From the NCBI GenBank assembly GCA_965277805.1, contig OZ255842.1:4288001-4352000 (forward strand): a stretch of DNA of 64,000 nucleotides, written 5' to 3'. Of this stretch, positions 50,289 to 59,437 are shown one piece after another; the stretch's first letter is position 1; every line of letters starts with the position of its first letter. The translations under genes and the position numbers were made by a program. The stretch is from Candidatus Lustribacter sp. (lineage in GTDB: Bacteria > Vulcanimicrobiota > Vulcanimicrobiia > Vulcanimicrobiales > Vulcanimicrobiaceae). The notes under the pieces were generated by a model. It worked only from the letters and a program-made list of their open reading frames with translations, did no database searches and was not told the origin of the DNA.

Positions 50289-50559
50289 CTGGAAGCGCCT
50301 TCGGCATCGGGGCCTCCGAACGCTGGCAAGCCCGCGCGAGGACCGTTTCTCCTCCCTCTCGAACGTTAGAGTAACGAAATAGCTCGCCTCGTGATCGTGT
50401 CCCCGAAGGGTGGACGCTGGATCGGTAGGGCGTTTCGGAACAGTTTCTTACCCAATTTGGGTCGCAGCCGAAGCCGGCGATACCCGCTCGATGACGCAGT
50501 AAAGAGCAGCGTCGTCGCGATGCGTGTCGTAGGACGGTCGCACCCGGGAGACACACAAC

Positions 50560-53500
50560 TTGTCGACCGACCTTCTCATTTCGAGCGATCCGTGGGAGAA
50601 CCGCGTCGCCATCCTCGAGGATGGGAAACTCTCAGAGTACTACATCGAGCGCGACGAACGCGTCATCGGCTCGATCTATAAGGGCAAAGTTCAAAACGTC
50701 TTGCCCGGCATGGGCGCGAGCTTCGTCGATATCGGGCTGGGGCGCAACGCGTTCCTCTACGTCGACGACATCAACAAAACGCCGCTGAACATCGGCGACG
50801 TCGAGATCACCGGCGGCCGCAGCGGCTGGACGATCAACGAGAAGGTCAGCAAGGGCGACGACGTCCTGGTGCAGATCGTCAAGGAACCGCGCGGTCTCAA
50901 GGGCGCGCGGGTCTCGACCAACATCTCATTACCCGGACGATACTTAATCCTGATGCCGACCGGTAAGTACTCCGGCGTGTCGCGAAAGATCGAATCGGCC
51001 GAAGAACGCAATCGCCTCAAGGGCGTGATGAAAGCGATTCGGCCCGAAGGCATGGCGACGGTCGTGCGCACGGCTGCCGGCGGCGTCTCCAACGCCGAAC
51101 TGATCGCCGATCTCGGCGTGCTCATTCGTATGTGGCACGGCATTCTCGAGAACTACAAGTCGGCACCGACGCCGTCGCTGCTACACAAAGACATGAACCT
51201 CGTCTATAAAGCGGCGCGCGATTTCATCACGCCCGAAGTAGCGAACGTCTGGATCGACGATCCCGAAGAAGCCGAACGCGTGCGCGATTTCATGCGTTTG
51301 CTCGGACCGCAGTACGTCGAGCGCATCAAGCCCTATCCGAAGGGCGCGCAGCTCTTCGCCGATTTCAAGATCGACGAAGAAGTGGCGAAGCTGATGAAGC
51401 CGACCGCGAAGTTGCCCTCGGGCGGTTCGATCGTCATCGAGACGACCGAAGCGCTGACGGTCATCGACGTGAACTCCGGCAAATTCACCGGCGGCAAGAA
51501 CCTCGACGATACGATCGTCAAAACGAACATCGAAGCGGCGGCCGAGATCGCGCGCCAAGTGCGCCTACGCGACATCGGCGGCATCATCGTCTGCGATTTC
51601 ATCGACATGTCGTCGGAGAGCGATCGCAACAAAGTCATCAAGAGCCTCGAAGACGGTTTGAAGAAAGACCGTACGCGCTCGACGATTCAGTCGTTCTCGC
51701 CGCTGGGCTTACTCGAATTCACGCGCAAGCGCGTCGGTAAGGATCTCGCCGGACAACTGCGTTCGACGTGCCCGATGTGCTCCGGCCTCGGCAGCGTGAT
51801 GTCGCCGGAATCGGTGACGATCTCGACCTTCCGCCAAATCGCGCACCATCAGAACGGCCACGCCGACCACGTGCACGTCGCCGCGTCGCCGCACGTCGCC
51901 GCGCAGATCGAGTTCTGGTACGAAGAAGAGCTGCGCGTGCTCGGCGAACGCGTCAAGACGCCGATCGACGTGCGCGTCGATCCCGCCGTGCATCCCGAAA
52001 CGCCGCTCGTCGTGTGGGGCGGCGGCTTACCCGAACTTCCGCCGGTACGCGTCGGCGATGAATTCGAAGTCGAACTGCTCGCTACGCGCCTGCCCACGGC
52101 AACGTCGGCTGCAGCGGTCGTCAACGGCCGTCTGATCGAAGTCGAGAACGCGGCCAACGCCGCCGGCAACGCCATCAAGATTCGCATCATCGACGTCGAC
52201 GGCGCCGACATTCTCGCCGAGCCGCGCTTCCCGATCGGCTCCGTTCAGTCGTCCGGCGCTGCTGCCGGCGACGGCAAGAAACGCCGCCGTCGCGGCGGCC
52301 GCGGACGCAAACCGCTCACGGCAGCCGAGCAGCAAGAAGAACTGCGCGAACTGGCCGAGGAAGCCGCGAAGGGCCTCGGCTCGCGCCCGGCCCCGGTGAT
52401 CGGCATCTCGACGACCGAAGAGGCCGTCGCCGAAGAACACGTCGCGCGCAATGAAGGCGTGCCGAAGAACGTCACGCCGGCCGTGTCGTCCGACGTCGAA
52501 GATCTGCTCGCCGATGCCCTCGATGCGCCGAGCGCGCATCCGCCGCGCGGCCGCGGCGATCGTGGCGGCCGCGGTGGCCGCGGCAACGGTCCGGCGCCCA
52601 CGGGTCCGCCCGCGGCACGCCAGCCGGCGCCGCCCGCATTCCGTCCGGCTGCTCCGGCGGCCGGCGGCCTCGCGCCGCTGCCCGGCGAGTCGCTCTCGGG
52701 CGCGCTGGTGGGCAAACTGCCGGGCGAGACGCTCTCGGGCGATCGCGTCAACGAACTCCTCACCCCGCCGCCGGCGGCCCCGCGCGAGCGCTATTCCGCG
52801 CCGGCCCAGCCGGCCGCAGCCGTGACCCCGCAGTACGAAGCGCCCGACGCCGAAACCGGTGAGCCGGGTGAAGCGGGCGATCAGCCCGGGCGCAAACGCC
52901 GCCGTCGCCGCCGTCGCGGCCGTGGCGGCAACGGTGCCGTTGCCGGCGTGGCCGGCGCAGCTCCGGCAACGTCGGGCGACTACCTCGCGCCGGACGACGA
53001 AGACGAATCCGACGAGCCGATCGCAGCCGCGGCCGCGCCGTCTTCGGGCATTCCCGAAACGGTCGTCGAGCACGACGGGCGCAAGCGCCGTCGCCGTCGC
53101 CGCCGCCGTCGCGGCGGTAACGGAGTCGCAGCCGCCGGCGCCAACGGCGTGCTCGGTCAGCCCGGGACGCTCCCCGACCGCCACATCATCCGCGTGGATG
53201 GTGACGGCGGCGCGCAGCCGACCGGTGAAAACTCTCCGCCGCCGCCCAATCGTGCCCTCGCGCCGTGGAATCGTCCGAAAAAGGGCGAGATCGCGGTCGA
53301 TGCGCCGCCGCCGAGCCTCAAGGCTCCGCGCGAACCGCTCGAAGACGTCCGCGCTACCGCTCCGTCACGCCGCCGCGCTCCCGCGCGACCGGCCGCCGCG
53401 GGGCGCGTCGAGCCGATCGAATCAGTGGAACTGAAAGCGCTGCCGGCACCGGCCCGCAAGAAGGCCTCCGCGACCGCGGGCGCTGCGAAGAAAACCAGCA

Positions 53501-53679
53501 CGCGCACCACGGCCGCCAAGAAGACCACCGCGAAAGCGACGGCTCCCAAAGCCGCTGCCGAAAAAGCGACGGCTAAGAAGAGCGTTGCGAAGAAAAGCAC
53601 CGCTGTGAAGAGCACGGCTGCGAAAAAGACGCCCGCAAAGGCCGCGAGCGCGAAGAAGACGGTCCGCAAAAAGACCTGA
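50560..53679 (+). CDS. rne: Ribonuclease E/G family with long disordered C-terminus
   Basis: TTG after GGGAG; S1 domain, IDVNSG, RLRDIGGIIVCDFIDM, CPMC; TRAM-like segment; Arg-rich and Ala/Lys-rich tail. Confidence 0.93.
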   Translation: MSTDLLISSDPWENRVAILEDGKLSEYYIERDERVIGSIYKGKVQNVLPGMGASFVDIGLGRNAFLYVDDINKTPLNIGDVEITGGRSGWTINEKVSKGDDVLVQIVKEPRGLKGARVSTNISLPGRYLILMPTGKYSGVSRKIESAEERNRLKGVMKAIRPEGMATVVRTAAGGVSNAELIADLGVLIRMWHGILENYKSAPTPSLLHKDMNLVYKAARDFITPEVANVWIDDPEEAERVRDFMRLLGPQYVERIKPYPKGAQLFADFKIDEEVAKLMKPTAKLPSGGSIVIETTEALTVIDVNSGKFTGGKNLDDTIVKTNIEAAAEIARQVRLRDIGGIIVCDFIDMSSESDRNKVIKSLEDGLKKDRTRSTIQSFSPLGLLEFTRKRVGKDLAGQLRSTCPMCSGLGSVMSPESVTISTFRQIAHHQNGHADHVHVAASPHVAAQIEFWYEEELRVLGERVKTPIDVRVDPAVHPETPLVVWGGGLPELPPVRVGDEFEVELLATRLPTATSAAAVVNGRLIEVENAANAAGNAIKIRIIDVDGADILAEPRFPIGSVQSSGAAAGDGKKRRRRGGRGRKPLTAAEQQEELRELAEEAAKGLGSRPAPVIGISTTEEAVAEEHVARNEGVPKNVTPAVSSDVEDLLADALDAPSAHPPRGRGDRGGRGGRGNGPAPTGPPAARQPAPPAFRPAAPAAGGLAPLPGESLSGALVGKLPGETLSGDRVNELLTPPPAAPRERYSAPAQPAAAVTPQYEAPDAETGEPGEAGDQPGRKRRRRRRRGRGGNGAVAGVAGAAPATSGDYLAPDDEDESDEPIAAAAAPSSGIPETVVEHDGRKRRRRRRRRRGGNGVAAAGANGVLGQPGTLPDRHIIRVDGDGGAQPTGENSPPPPNRALAPWNRPKKGEIAVDAPPPSLKAPREPLEDVRATAPSRRRAPARPAAAGRVEPIESVELKALPAPARKKASATAGAAKKTSTRTTAAKKTTAKATAPKAAAEKATAKKSVAKKSTAVKSTAAKKTPAKAASAKKTVRKKT

Positions 53680-53684
53680 TCTTC

Positions 53685-54311
53685 GTGCTCGAAGTGTTCG
53701 TCGATTTCGACGGCACGATCACCGATGTCGATACGTTCGACGCGCTGGTCCGTGCCGTCGCCGGCGACGCGGCGTGGAACGCGATCGACGAGCCGCTGAT
53801 CGCCGGGCAGATCACGTTACGCGAAGCGCTCACGCGCCAAGCCGCAACCCTCCGCCTCTCACGCGCCGACACGCTCGCGTTCATGATCGCGAACGCGCAC
53901 GTCGATCCCACGTTCGCGCCGTTCGTGGCCGCTGTGCGCGCGCACGGCGGTGAGATCCGCGTTGTCTCGAGCGGGATCGCGACCGTGATTCACGACGCGC
54001 TCGCGCGGGCGAACGTCGAGATCGAGGTCATCGCCAACGACGTCGACTTCGCGCCGGCCGGCTGGACGATGTCGTTCGTCGACCCCTCCGACAACGGGCA
54101 CGACAAGGCCGCGCACGTCCGCGCGGCCAAAGCGCGCGGCGACCGCACGGTCTACATCGGCGACGGCATCAGCGACTTCGCGGCTGCGCTCGAAGCGGAC
54201 GAGCGTTTTGCAAAAAAAGGCCGCGCGCTCGAAGCGTATTGTCGAGCGCGCGGCGTTGCATGCGAGTCGTTCGAGTCGTTCGATCAAATCGAACGGCGGC
54301 TCTTTCCCTAG
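53685..54311 (+). CDS. HAD-IB phosphatase (MtnX-like)
   Basis: DFDGTIT, VVSSG, DK, IGDGISD. Confidence 0.88.
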   Translation: MLEVFVDFDGTITDVDTFDALVRAVAGDAAWNAIDEPLIAGQITLREALTRQAATLRLSRADTLAFMIANAHVDPTFAPFVAAVRAHGGEIRVVSSGIATVIHDALARANVEIEVIANDVDFAPAGWTMSFVDPSDNGHDKAAHVRAAKARGDRTVYIGDGISDFAAALEADERFAKKGRALEAYCRARGVACESFESFDQIERRLFP

Positions 54312-55720
54312 TGAACTTGCGGCGTTACGCTGCTTGCGGCGGTGGTGCTTGAGCCGTTGAGGCTCGCGATCTTGTCCTGGAGGAACGAGATCGCTTTGGT
54401 GAGCTGCGGATCGTCATCGGGGTAACCCGGGCGGATCTTCGTGCCCTTCGGGATGTCGGCTTCGATCTGCGGCTGAATGCCGATCGTATTGATGTCGTGG
54501 CCGTTGGGCGTGTAGTAACGCGCGGTCGTGATCTTCACGGCCGAACCATCGCGCAGCGGGAAGATCGTCTGCACGACGCCCTTGCCGAAGGTCTTGGTGC
54601 CGATCAGCGTGCCGACGCCGCTGTCTTCGATCGCACCGGCCGTGATCTCGGAGGCTGAGGCCGTGTAGGCGTTGACGAGCACGGCGAGCGGACGGGGTGC
54701 GACCGCGATGTTCTCGGCATCGTACTCGGTGCTCTGGCCGGCGCGCGACTTCACGGTCACGATCGGACCGGTCGGGATGAACTTCGAACTGACGTCGATG
54801 GCCGAGTTGAGGTAGCCGCCGCCGTTGTAACGCAGGTCGAGGACGTAGGCTTTCGCGCCTTGCGCCTGCAGGCGGTTGAGCGCGGCGTTGAGTTCGCTGC
54901 CGGTATTCTGGCCGAACACCGAGAGCTGCGCGTATCCGATACCGCCGGGGAGAATCTTGGCGAACACGCTCGGCGGTTTGATCGTGTCGCGCGTAATCGT
55001 CACCGGATCGATCGGCGCATCGGAGCGGATGATCGCGAGCTTGACCTTCGTTCCCGGATCGCCGCGCAGCAACTTCTGAATGCGCGACTGCTGGACGTCG
55101 AGCGGCGCGCCGGCGATGATGTCTTTCACCGCTTTGTCGTTGATCGCGCTGATCTCGTCATCGGGACGCAGACCGCCTTTGTCGGACGGACCGTCGATGA
55201 TGACGTTCTCGACGCGGATGTTTTTCGTCGCGTCGTCGATCGAGTACGTCAGACCCACGCCGCCGAACGACGTGCCGTCGAGGCCTTCGTTCAATTCGGC
55301 GAACGACTTGGGATCGAGAAACACCGTGTAGCGATCTTTGACCGAACCGACGACGCCGGAGATCGCGGCGTAAGCGATCTTCGTAGTCGAAACTTTGCTG
55401 CCGTATTGCGTCACCGCTTCGCCGACTTCACGCTGCAATTCGCGCACGTTGTTGACGTCGTCCGCCGATGCGTGGGGCAGGCTGATCTTCGGATCCTTGA
55501 TGCCCTCGGTCTTCAACAGCGCGAGGATTCCCGTATGCGCGCCGTTGAGCACGTTTTGCGAATCGACTTTCTGGTAGAAGTCTTGCATCAGGTACATGTA
55601 GGACGCCGTCAACTCATCGGACTGCTGCTGCGAGATGGCGGCGGCCGCCGACGCCGACGGCACGTGCACGAGCATGGCGGCAAGCCCGAGGGCGAGAGCG
55701 GCGGCGAAGAAGCGCTTCAT
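54308..55720 (-). CDS. S41 carboxyl-terminal protease (downstream copy)
   Basis: Signal peptide, PDZ, LDLRYNGGG, ASASEI, TFGKG. Confidence 0.95.
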   Translation of the reverse strand: MKRFFAAALALGLAAMLVHVPSASAAAAISQQQSDELTASYMYLMQDFYQKVDSQNVLNGAHTGILALLKTEGIKDPKISLPHASADDVNNVRELQREVGEAVTQYGSKVSTTKIAYAAISGVVGSVKDRYTVFLDPKSFAELNEGLDGTSFGGVGLTYSIDDATKNIRVENVIIDGPSDKGGLRPDDEISAINDKAVKDIIAGAPLDVQQSRIQKLLRGDPGTKVKLAIIRSDAPIDPVTITRDTIKPPSVFAKILPGGIGYAQLSVFGQNTGSELNAALNRLQAQGAKAYVLDLRYNGGGYLNSAIDVSSKFIPTGPIVTVKSRAGQSTEYDAENIAVAPRPLAVLVNAYTASASEITAGAIEDSGVGTLIGTKTFGKGVVQTIFPLRDGSAVKITTARYYTPNGHDINTIGIQPQIEADIPKGTKIRPGYPDDDPQLTKAISFLQDKIASLNGSSTTAASSVTPQVH

Positions 55721-57123
55721 TGCTGATCTTTCTGGCGAAGGATGGCTTTGGCTTGGGCGAGCTGTTTATCGGCCGGTGTATCGATTATCGGCAGATCCAC
55801 GCGCTGATCGAGAACGACATCTGGAACGATGCCCTTGTGCTGGATGTCACGTCCGGCCGGCGTGAGGTAGCGAGCGGTCGTAATCTTGAGTGCGCCGACC
55901 GGCAGCGTATAGAGACTTTGGACTACGCCCTTGCCGAACGTCTTGGTGCCGACGAGCGTGGCGAGGTGATCGTCTTGCAGCGCACCGGCAGTGATCTCGG
56001 ACGCGCTGGCGGTGTACTTGTTGACCAGCACGACGAGCGGCAACGGATCGATTGCGCGCCCGGTGGCGGAGCGGATCTCGCGATGTCCGGCGCGATCGAC
56101 CGTCGAGACGATCGTGCCCTGATGGATCACGAGGCTCGAGATGTCGACGGCTGCATCGAGCAAGCCGCCGCCGTTGTTGCGCAAGTCAAGGATGTAGCCT
56201 TTGACGCCGTGCTTCTTCGCGGCTTCGAACGCGTCGCGCACTTCGTCGGCTGAGGTCGTGCCGAAATCGCTGAGGCGCACGTAGCTGAAACCGTCCTCGA
56301 TTTTGGCGCGCACCGACGGAACGTGTACGACGTCGCGCGTGACGCGGATGGTCGCGACGGCGTTGTTGGAGTGGTGCTTCACGCGCAACGCTACGACGCT
56401 GCCGCGCGGGCCGCGGATCAGGCGCTCGACGTCGTCAAGCGGTAAGCCGGCCGTGGTTTGATTGTTGACCGCGACGATCGCATCGCCGGTGCGCACGCCC
56501 GCGCGAATGGCGGGATTGCCTTCGATCGGATCGACGAGAATGGCGCCGCTTTTCGGATCTTTGCCGATGTAGACGCCGATGCCGCCGAAGTTGCCGCCCT
56601 TGAGTTCTTCATCGAGCGCACGGATGGCGTCGGCATTCAGGTACGTCGTATACGGATCGCCGAGCCCGCCGAGAATGCCGCTCAGCGCAGCATCGGTCAC
56701 TTGTGATTTGCTGCCGGCGCTCGGATAGTGCGCGTTGACGGTGTCGACGGCGCTTTCCATCAACGCGAGATCGTGCACCGACGAACCGGTCGCGTGTCCG
56801 GGTGAGAGCGGACCCTTCGGGTCGGTCACGTGGCGCTTGACGCAAGCGGTGATCAGGCAGTTGAGAGCCTTCGTTTCGCCGTCGACCATCAGCTGCGGAT
56901 TGACCGGCTGGTAATAGCTGTGCTCGACCTGCTCGTACGCGGTTTCGATGACGTGCTTGTCGGGATCGCCCGAACCGATCAACCCGTTGAGGTCGAGATC
57001 GGCAACCGGGCGGTCGGTAACGACCGAGGTATCGGCGGCGGCACGGCCCGCATACGCAGCTCCACCGAGGGCGGAGAGCGCGACGATTGCCACAGCGAGT
57101 AAGAGGCGGATACGGGCTGGCAT
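55717..57123 (-). CDS. S41 carboxyl-terminal protease (upstream copy)
   Basis: Signal peptide, DPY, GGIG PDZ, LDLRNNGGG, ASASEI, TFGKG; AGGGA upstream of ATG 57123. Confidence 0.95.
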   Translation of the reverse strand: MPARIRLLLAVAIVALSALGGAAYAGRAAADTSVVTDRPVADLDLNGLIGSGDPDKHVIETAYEQVEHSYYQPVNPQLMVDGETKALNCLITACVKRHVTDPKGPLSPGHATGSSVHDLALMESAVDTVNAHYPSAGSKSQVTDAALSGILGGLGDPYTTYLNADAIRALDEELKGGNFGGIGVYIGKDPKSGAILVDPIEGNPAIRAGVRTGDAIVAVNNQTTAGLPLDDVERLIRGPRGSVVALRVKHHSNNAVATIRVTRDVVHVPSVRAKIEDGFSYVRLSDFGTTSADEVRDAFEAAKKHGVKGYILDLRNNGGGLLDAAVDISSLVIHQGTIVSTVDRAGHREIRSATGRAIDPLPLVVLVNKYTASASEITAGALQDDHLATLVGTKTFGKGVVQSLYTLPVGALKITTARYLTPAGRDIQHKGIVPDVVLDQRVDLPIIDTPADKQLAQAKAILRQKDQQ

Positions 57124-57156
57124 CAAGTCCCTGTTTTTTAGAGTGGTCTACTCAGT

Positions 57157-57183
57157 AACCGGATTTCTACCCGAAGCGTTCCC
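57157..57183 (-). promoter_or_regulatory. Putative ECF sigma promoter (GGGAAC-N18-GTT) upstream of the ctp pair
   Basis: Minus strand GGAAC 57182-57178, 18-nt spacer, GTT 57159-57157. Confidence 0.55.
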
Positions 57184-57272
57184 GCCGGAAGCACCCGGGA
57201 GATAAGTTTACCGCGGAAAGCTTAAGCCGTCGTCAGACGGAGGGACGAAATAACGTAGACTTTATCTGCCGT

Positions 57273-58484
57273 TTACCGCAGGAACGACATCGGGTCGACC
57301 GGGTGGCCGTTCTCCATCACCTGGAAGTGGACGTGCGGGCCCGTTGCATCCCCGGTCATCCCAACCGCACCGATGGCCTGCCCGCGCTGCACGTCCTGGC
57401 CGACGCCCACGAAGATTTGGGACATATGGCAATAGATGGTCGAGAGGCCGCCATGGTGGTCGATCGCGACCATCTTGCCGCAGTCGCCCTGGGTTCCGGC
57501 CACGATCACGCGGCCGTCGGCGGCTGCGGCGATCGTGGTGCCGGTGTTGGCGGCAATGTCGATCCCGGCGTGAAGGATGGGCCGGCCGTACACCGGGTGC
57601 ATGCGCATGCCGAAGGGCGAGGTGATCGGGCCGGATACGGGCCACAGCAGCTGCCCGGGCGCGCCCGGTTCGGGCGGCAGCGAAACGCCGGCCAATTGCG
57701 CCGCCCGGCGTTCGGCGGCGCGGCGCGCGTCCTCTTCTTCCTGTTTCGCGCGCACGAGCGCTTCGAGATCCGCTTCGGCCTGCGCAGAGGTATCCTCGAG
57801 CTGGCCGACCTGCACCGCCACGTCTTGCTTTTCGCTTTGCGCGACGGCGAGCAGGTTCTGCCGTTGCTGCGCGAGCGCGGAGAGCGCGACTTGCTGCTGC
57901 GCGGCCGCAGCTTGCGCGTTGCGCAGGGTCGTCTCGTCCGACTGCAGCCCGGTTTCGATTGCTTGGACGCGTTGGGCGTCGGCGCGGCGCGCGCGGATCG
58001 TCACTTCGTTGGCCTTCACGACGAAGGCGACGTCGTTCCAGCGCTCGAGAAAGTCGCCGAACGATTTCGCTTCGAGCAGCACGGCGACGTAGCCGAGGTC
58101 GCCGTATTCGTAGGCTTGGATCAAGCGGCGTTTGAGCGCGTCGTTGTGGCGCGCAAGCGTCTTCTGCGCGGCGTCGAGCTGGAGCTGCGTGAACGCCAGT
58201 TTCGCTTGCGTCGTGTGCATCTTCGCGTTGAGGAACGCGATCTGTCCCTGCACCGATGAGATGTTGCGGTTGGCGATCGCGAGCTGTTCGGCGATCGTGC
58301 CGACCTTCGCCGCGGCCGCGTCGAGCAAGCCTTTCTTCTCGTTGAGCTTCAGGTGAACGTCGTGCAGCTTGGCCTGCTGGGCGTGAATTTTCGCATCCAG
58401 CGCGCTCGTTTTTGCGCCGGCGAGTCCCGGTGCGAGTGCGACGGCCGCGAGCGCGAAAAGGAATGCAACGCTGCGAAAATTCAC
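57273..58484 (-). CDS. envC: Coiled-coil M23 peptidase (EnvC-like FtsEX partner)
   Basis: Signal peptide, long coiled coil, WPV, HAGID, YCH, GPHVHF. Confidence 0.88.
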   Translation of the reverse strand: MNFRSVAFLFALAAVALAPGLAGAKTSALDAKIHAQQAKLHDVHLKLNEKKGLLDAAAAKVGTIAEQLAIANRNISSVQGQIAFLNAKMHTTQAKLAFTQLQLDAAQKTLARHNDALKRRLIQAYEYGDLGYVAVLLEAKSFGDFLERWNDVAFVVKANEVTIRARRADAQRVQAIETGLQSDETTLRNAQAAAAQQQVALSALAQQRQNLLAVAQSEKQDVAVQVGQLEDTSAQAEADLEALVRAKQEEEDARRAAERRAAQLAGVSLPPEPGAPGQLLWPVSGPITSPFGMRMHPVYGRPILHAGIDIAANTGTTIAAAADGRVIVAGTQGDCGKMVAIDHHGGLSTIYCHMSQIFVGVGQDVQRGQAIGAVGMTGDATGPHVHFQVMENGHPVDPMSFLR

Positions 58485-59437
58485 CGGTTGCGCTTGTCCA
58501 TCGCGACGAACGAACCGGTCTGCCGTTTCGCGAATGATTTCAGTTCGGCCGCAACTTCGCCGATGCTCTGGTAGCTCGTGATGCGCGGCGACTGCGTGAC
58601 GATCGCGAGCGAGAGCGACATCAGCGGAAAGCGCACGTTGTTGCCGCGGCGGTCCTTGGCCGCGATCCAGCCCTTGGCGCGATCGGCCGGGGTGTAGAGC
58701 GCCGGAACGTCGCGATCGAACGTTTCCGCGACCGTGCGGGCGAGGTTCTCGGCGCGCAGCGGGCTCGTGACGATGATGAAGTCGTCGCCGCCGATGTGCC
58801 CCAGAAAGTCGTCGTCTTGGCCGATGCGCTTGATCGTGTCGCTCATCGTGGTGGAAACGAGCCGGATCGCGTCGTCGCCGCGCACGAAGCCGTAGTGGTC
58901 GTTGAACGCCTTAAAGTTGTCGAGGTCGGCGTAGATCACGGCCCACGGTTCGCGCGCCTCGAAGCGCCGGCGCACTTCGTGTTCGATCGCAATGTTACCG
59001 GGCAGACGCGTCAGCGGCTGGAGCGATGAGTCGACGTTGGCGCGCCGGACTTTGGCGCGCACGCGGGCGAGCATCTCTTGCGGCGAAAACGGCTTCGCGA
59101 TGAAGTCGTCCGCGCCGGCTTCGAGGCTCTTTACCGGCTCCGTGGTATCGGTGCCGCCGCTGGTCAGCACGATCACCGGAATGTGCGAGGCCGTGGCGTG
59201 ACGGCGAATGCGGCCGAGCGTCGCGTATCCGTCCATCAACGGCATCACGACGTCGAGCACGACGACGTCGGGAATGCGGTCGTCGAGCAGCGCGAGCGCG
59301 GAGGGGCCGTCGGGCGCGCAGATCACGTCGAAGCCGCCGAGTTCGAGATTGGTGCCGATGATTTCACGGAGGACCTTGTCGTCGTCGACCACCAGCACGG
59401 TCGGGCGGTGGGCCTCAGCCGCGAGCGATTGGGTCAT
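58481..59437 (-). CDS. Response regulator receiver - diguanylate cyclase (GGDDF)
   Basis: VVDDD, LDVVMP, KPF; PLTRLPGN, DLDNFKAFND, HIGGDDF. Confidence 0.93.
   Translation of the reverse strand: MTQSLAAEAHRPTVLVVDDDKVLREIIGTNLELGGFDVICAPDGPSALALLDDRIPDVVVLDVVMPLMDGYATLGRIRRHATASHIPVIVLTSGGTDTTEPVKSLEAGADDFIAKPFSPQEMLARVRAKVRRANVDSSLQPLTRLPGNIAIEHEVRRRFEAREPWAVIYADLDNFKAFNDHYGFVRGDDAIRLVSTTMSDTIKRIGQDDDFLGHIGGDDFIIVTSPLRAENLARTVAETFDRDVPALYTPADRAKGWIAAKDRRGNNVRFPLMSLSLAIVTQSPRITSYQSIGEVAAELKSFAKRQTGSFVAMDKRNR

Noticed and set aside
57127-57272. c-di-GMP riboswitch near the cyclase operon
   Set aside because: Only short hairpins; class I/II consensus not recognisable; an Rfam scan would be decisive
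47988-59437. Hypr-type (cGAMP-forming) GGDEF enzymes
   Set aside because: Both GGDEF domains keep Asp at the specificity position (GHQAGD, GFVRGD) rather than Ser
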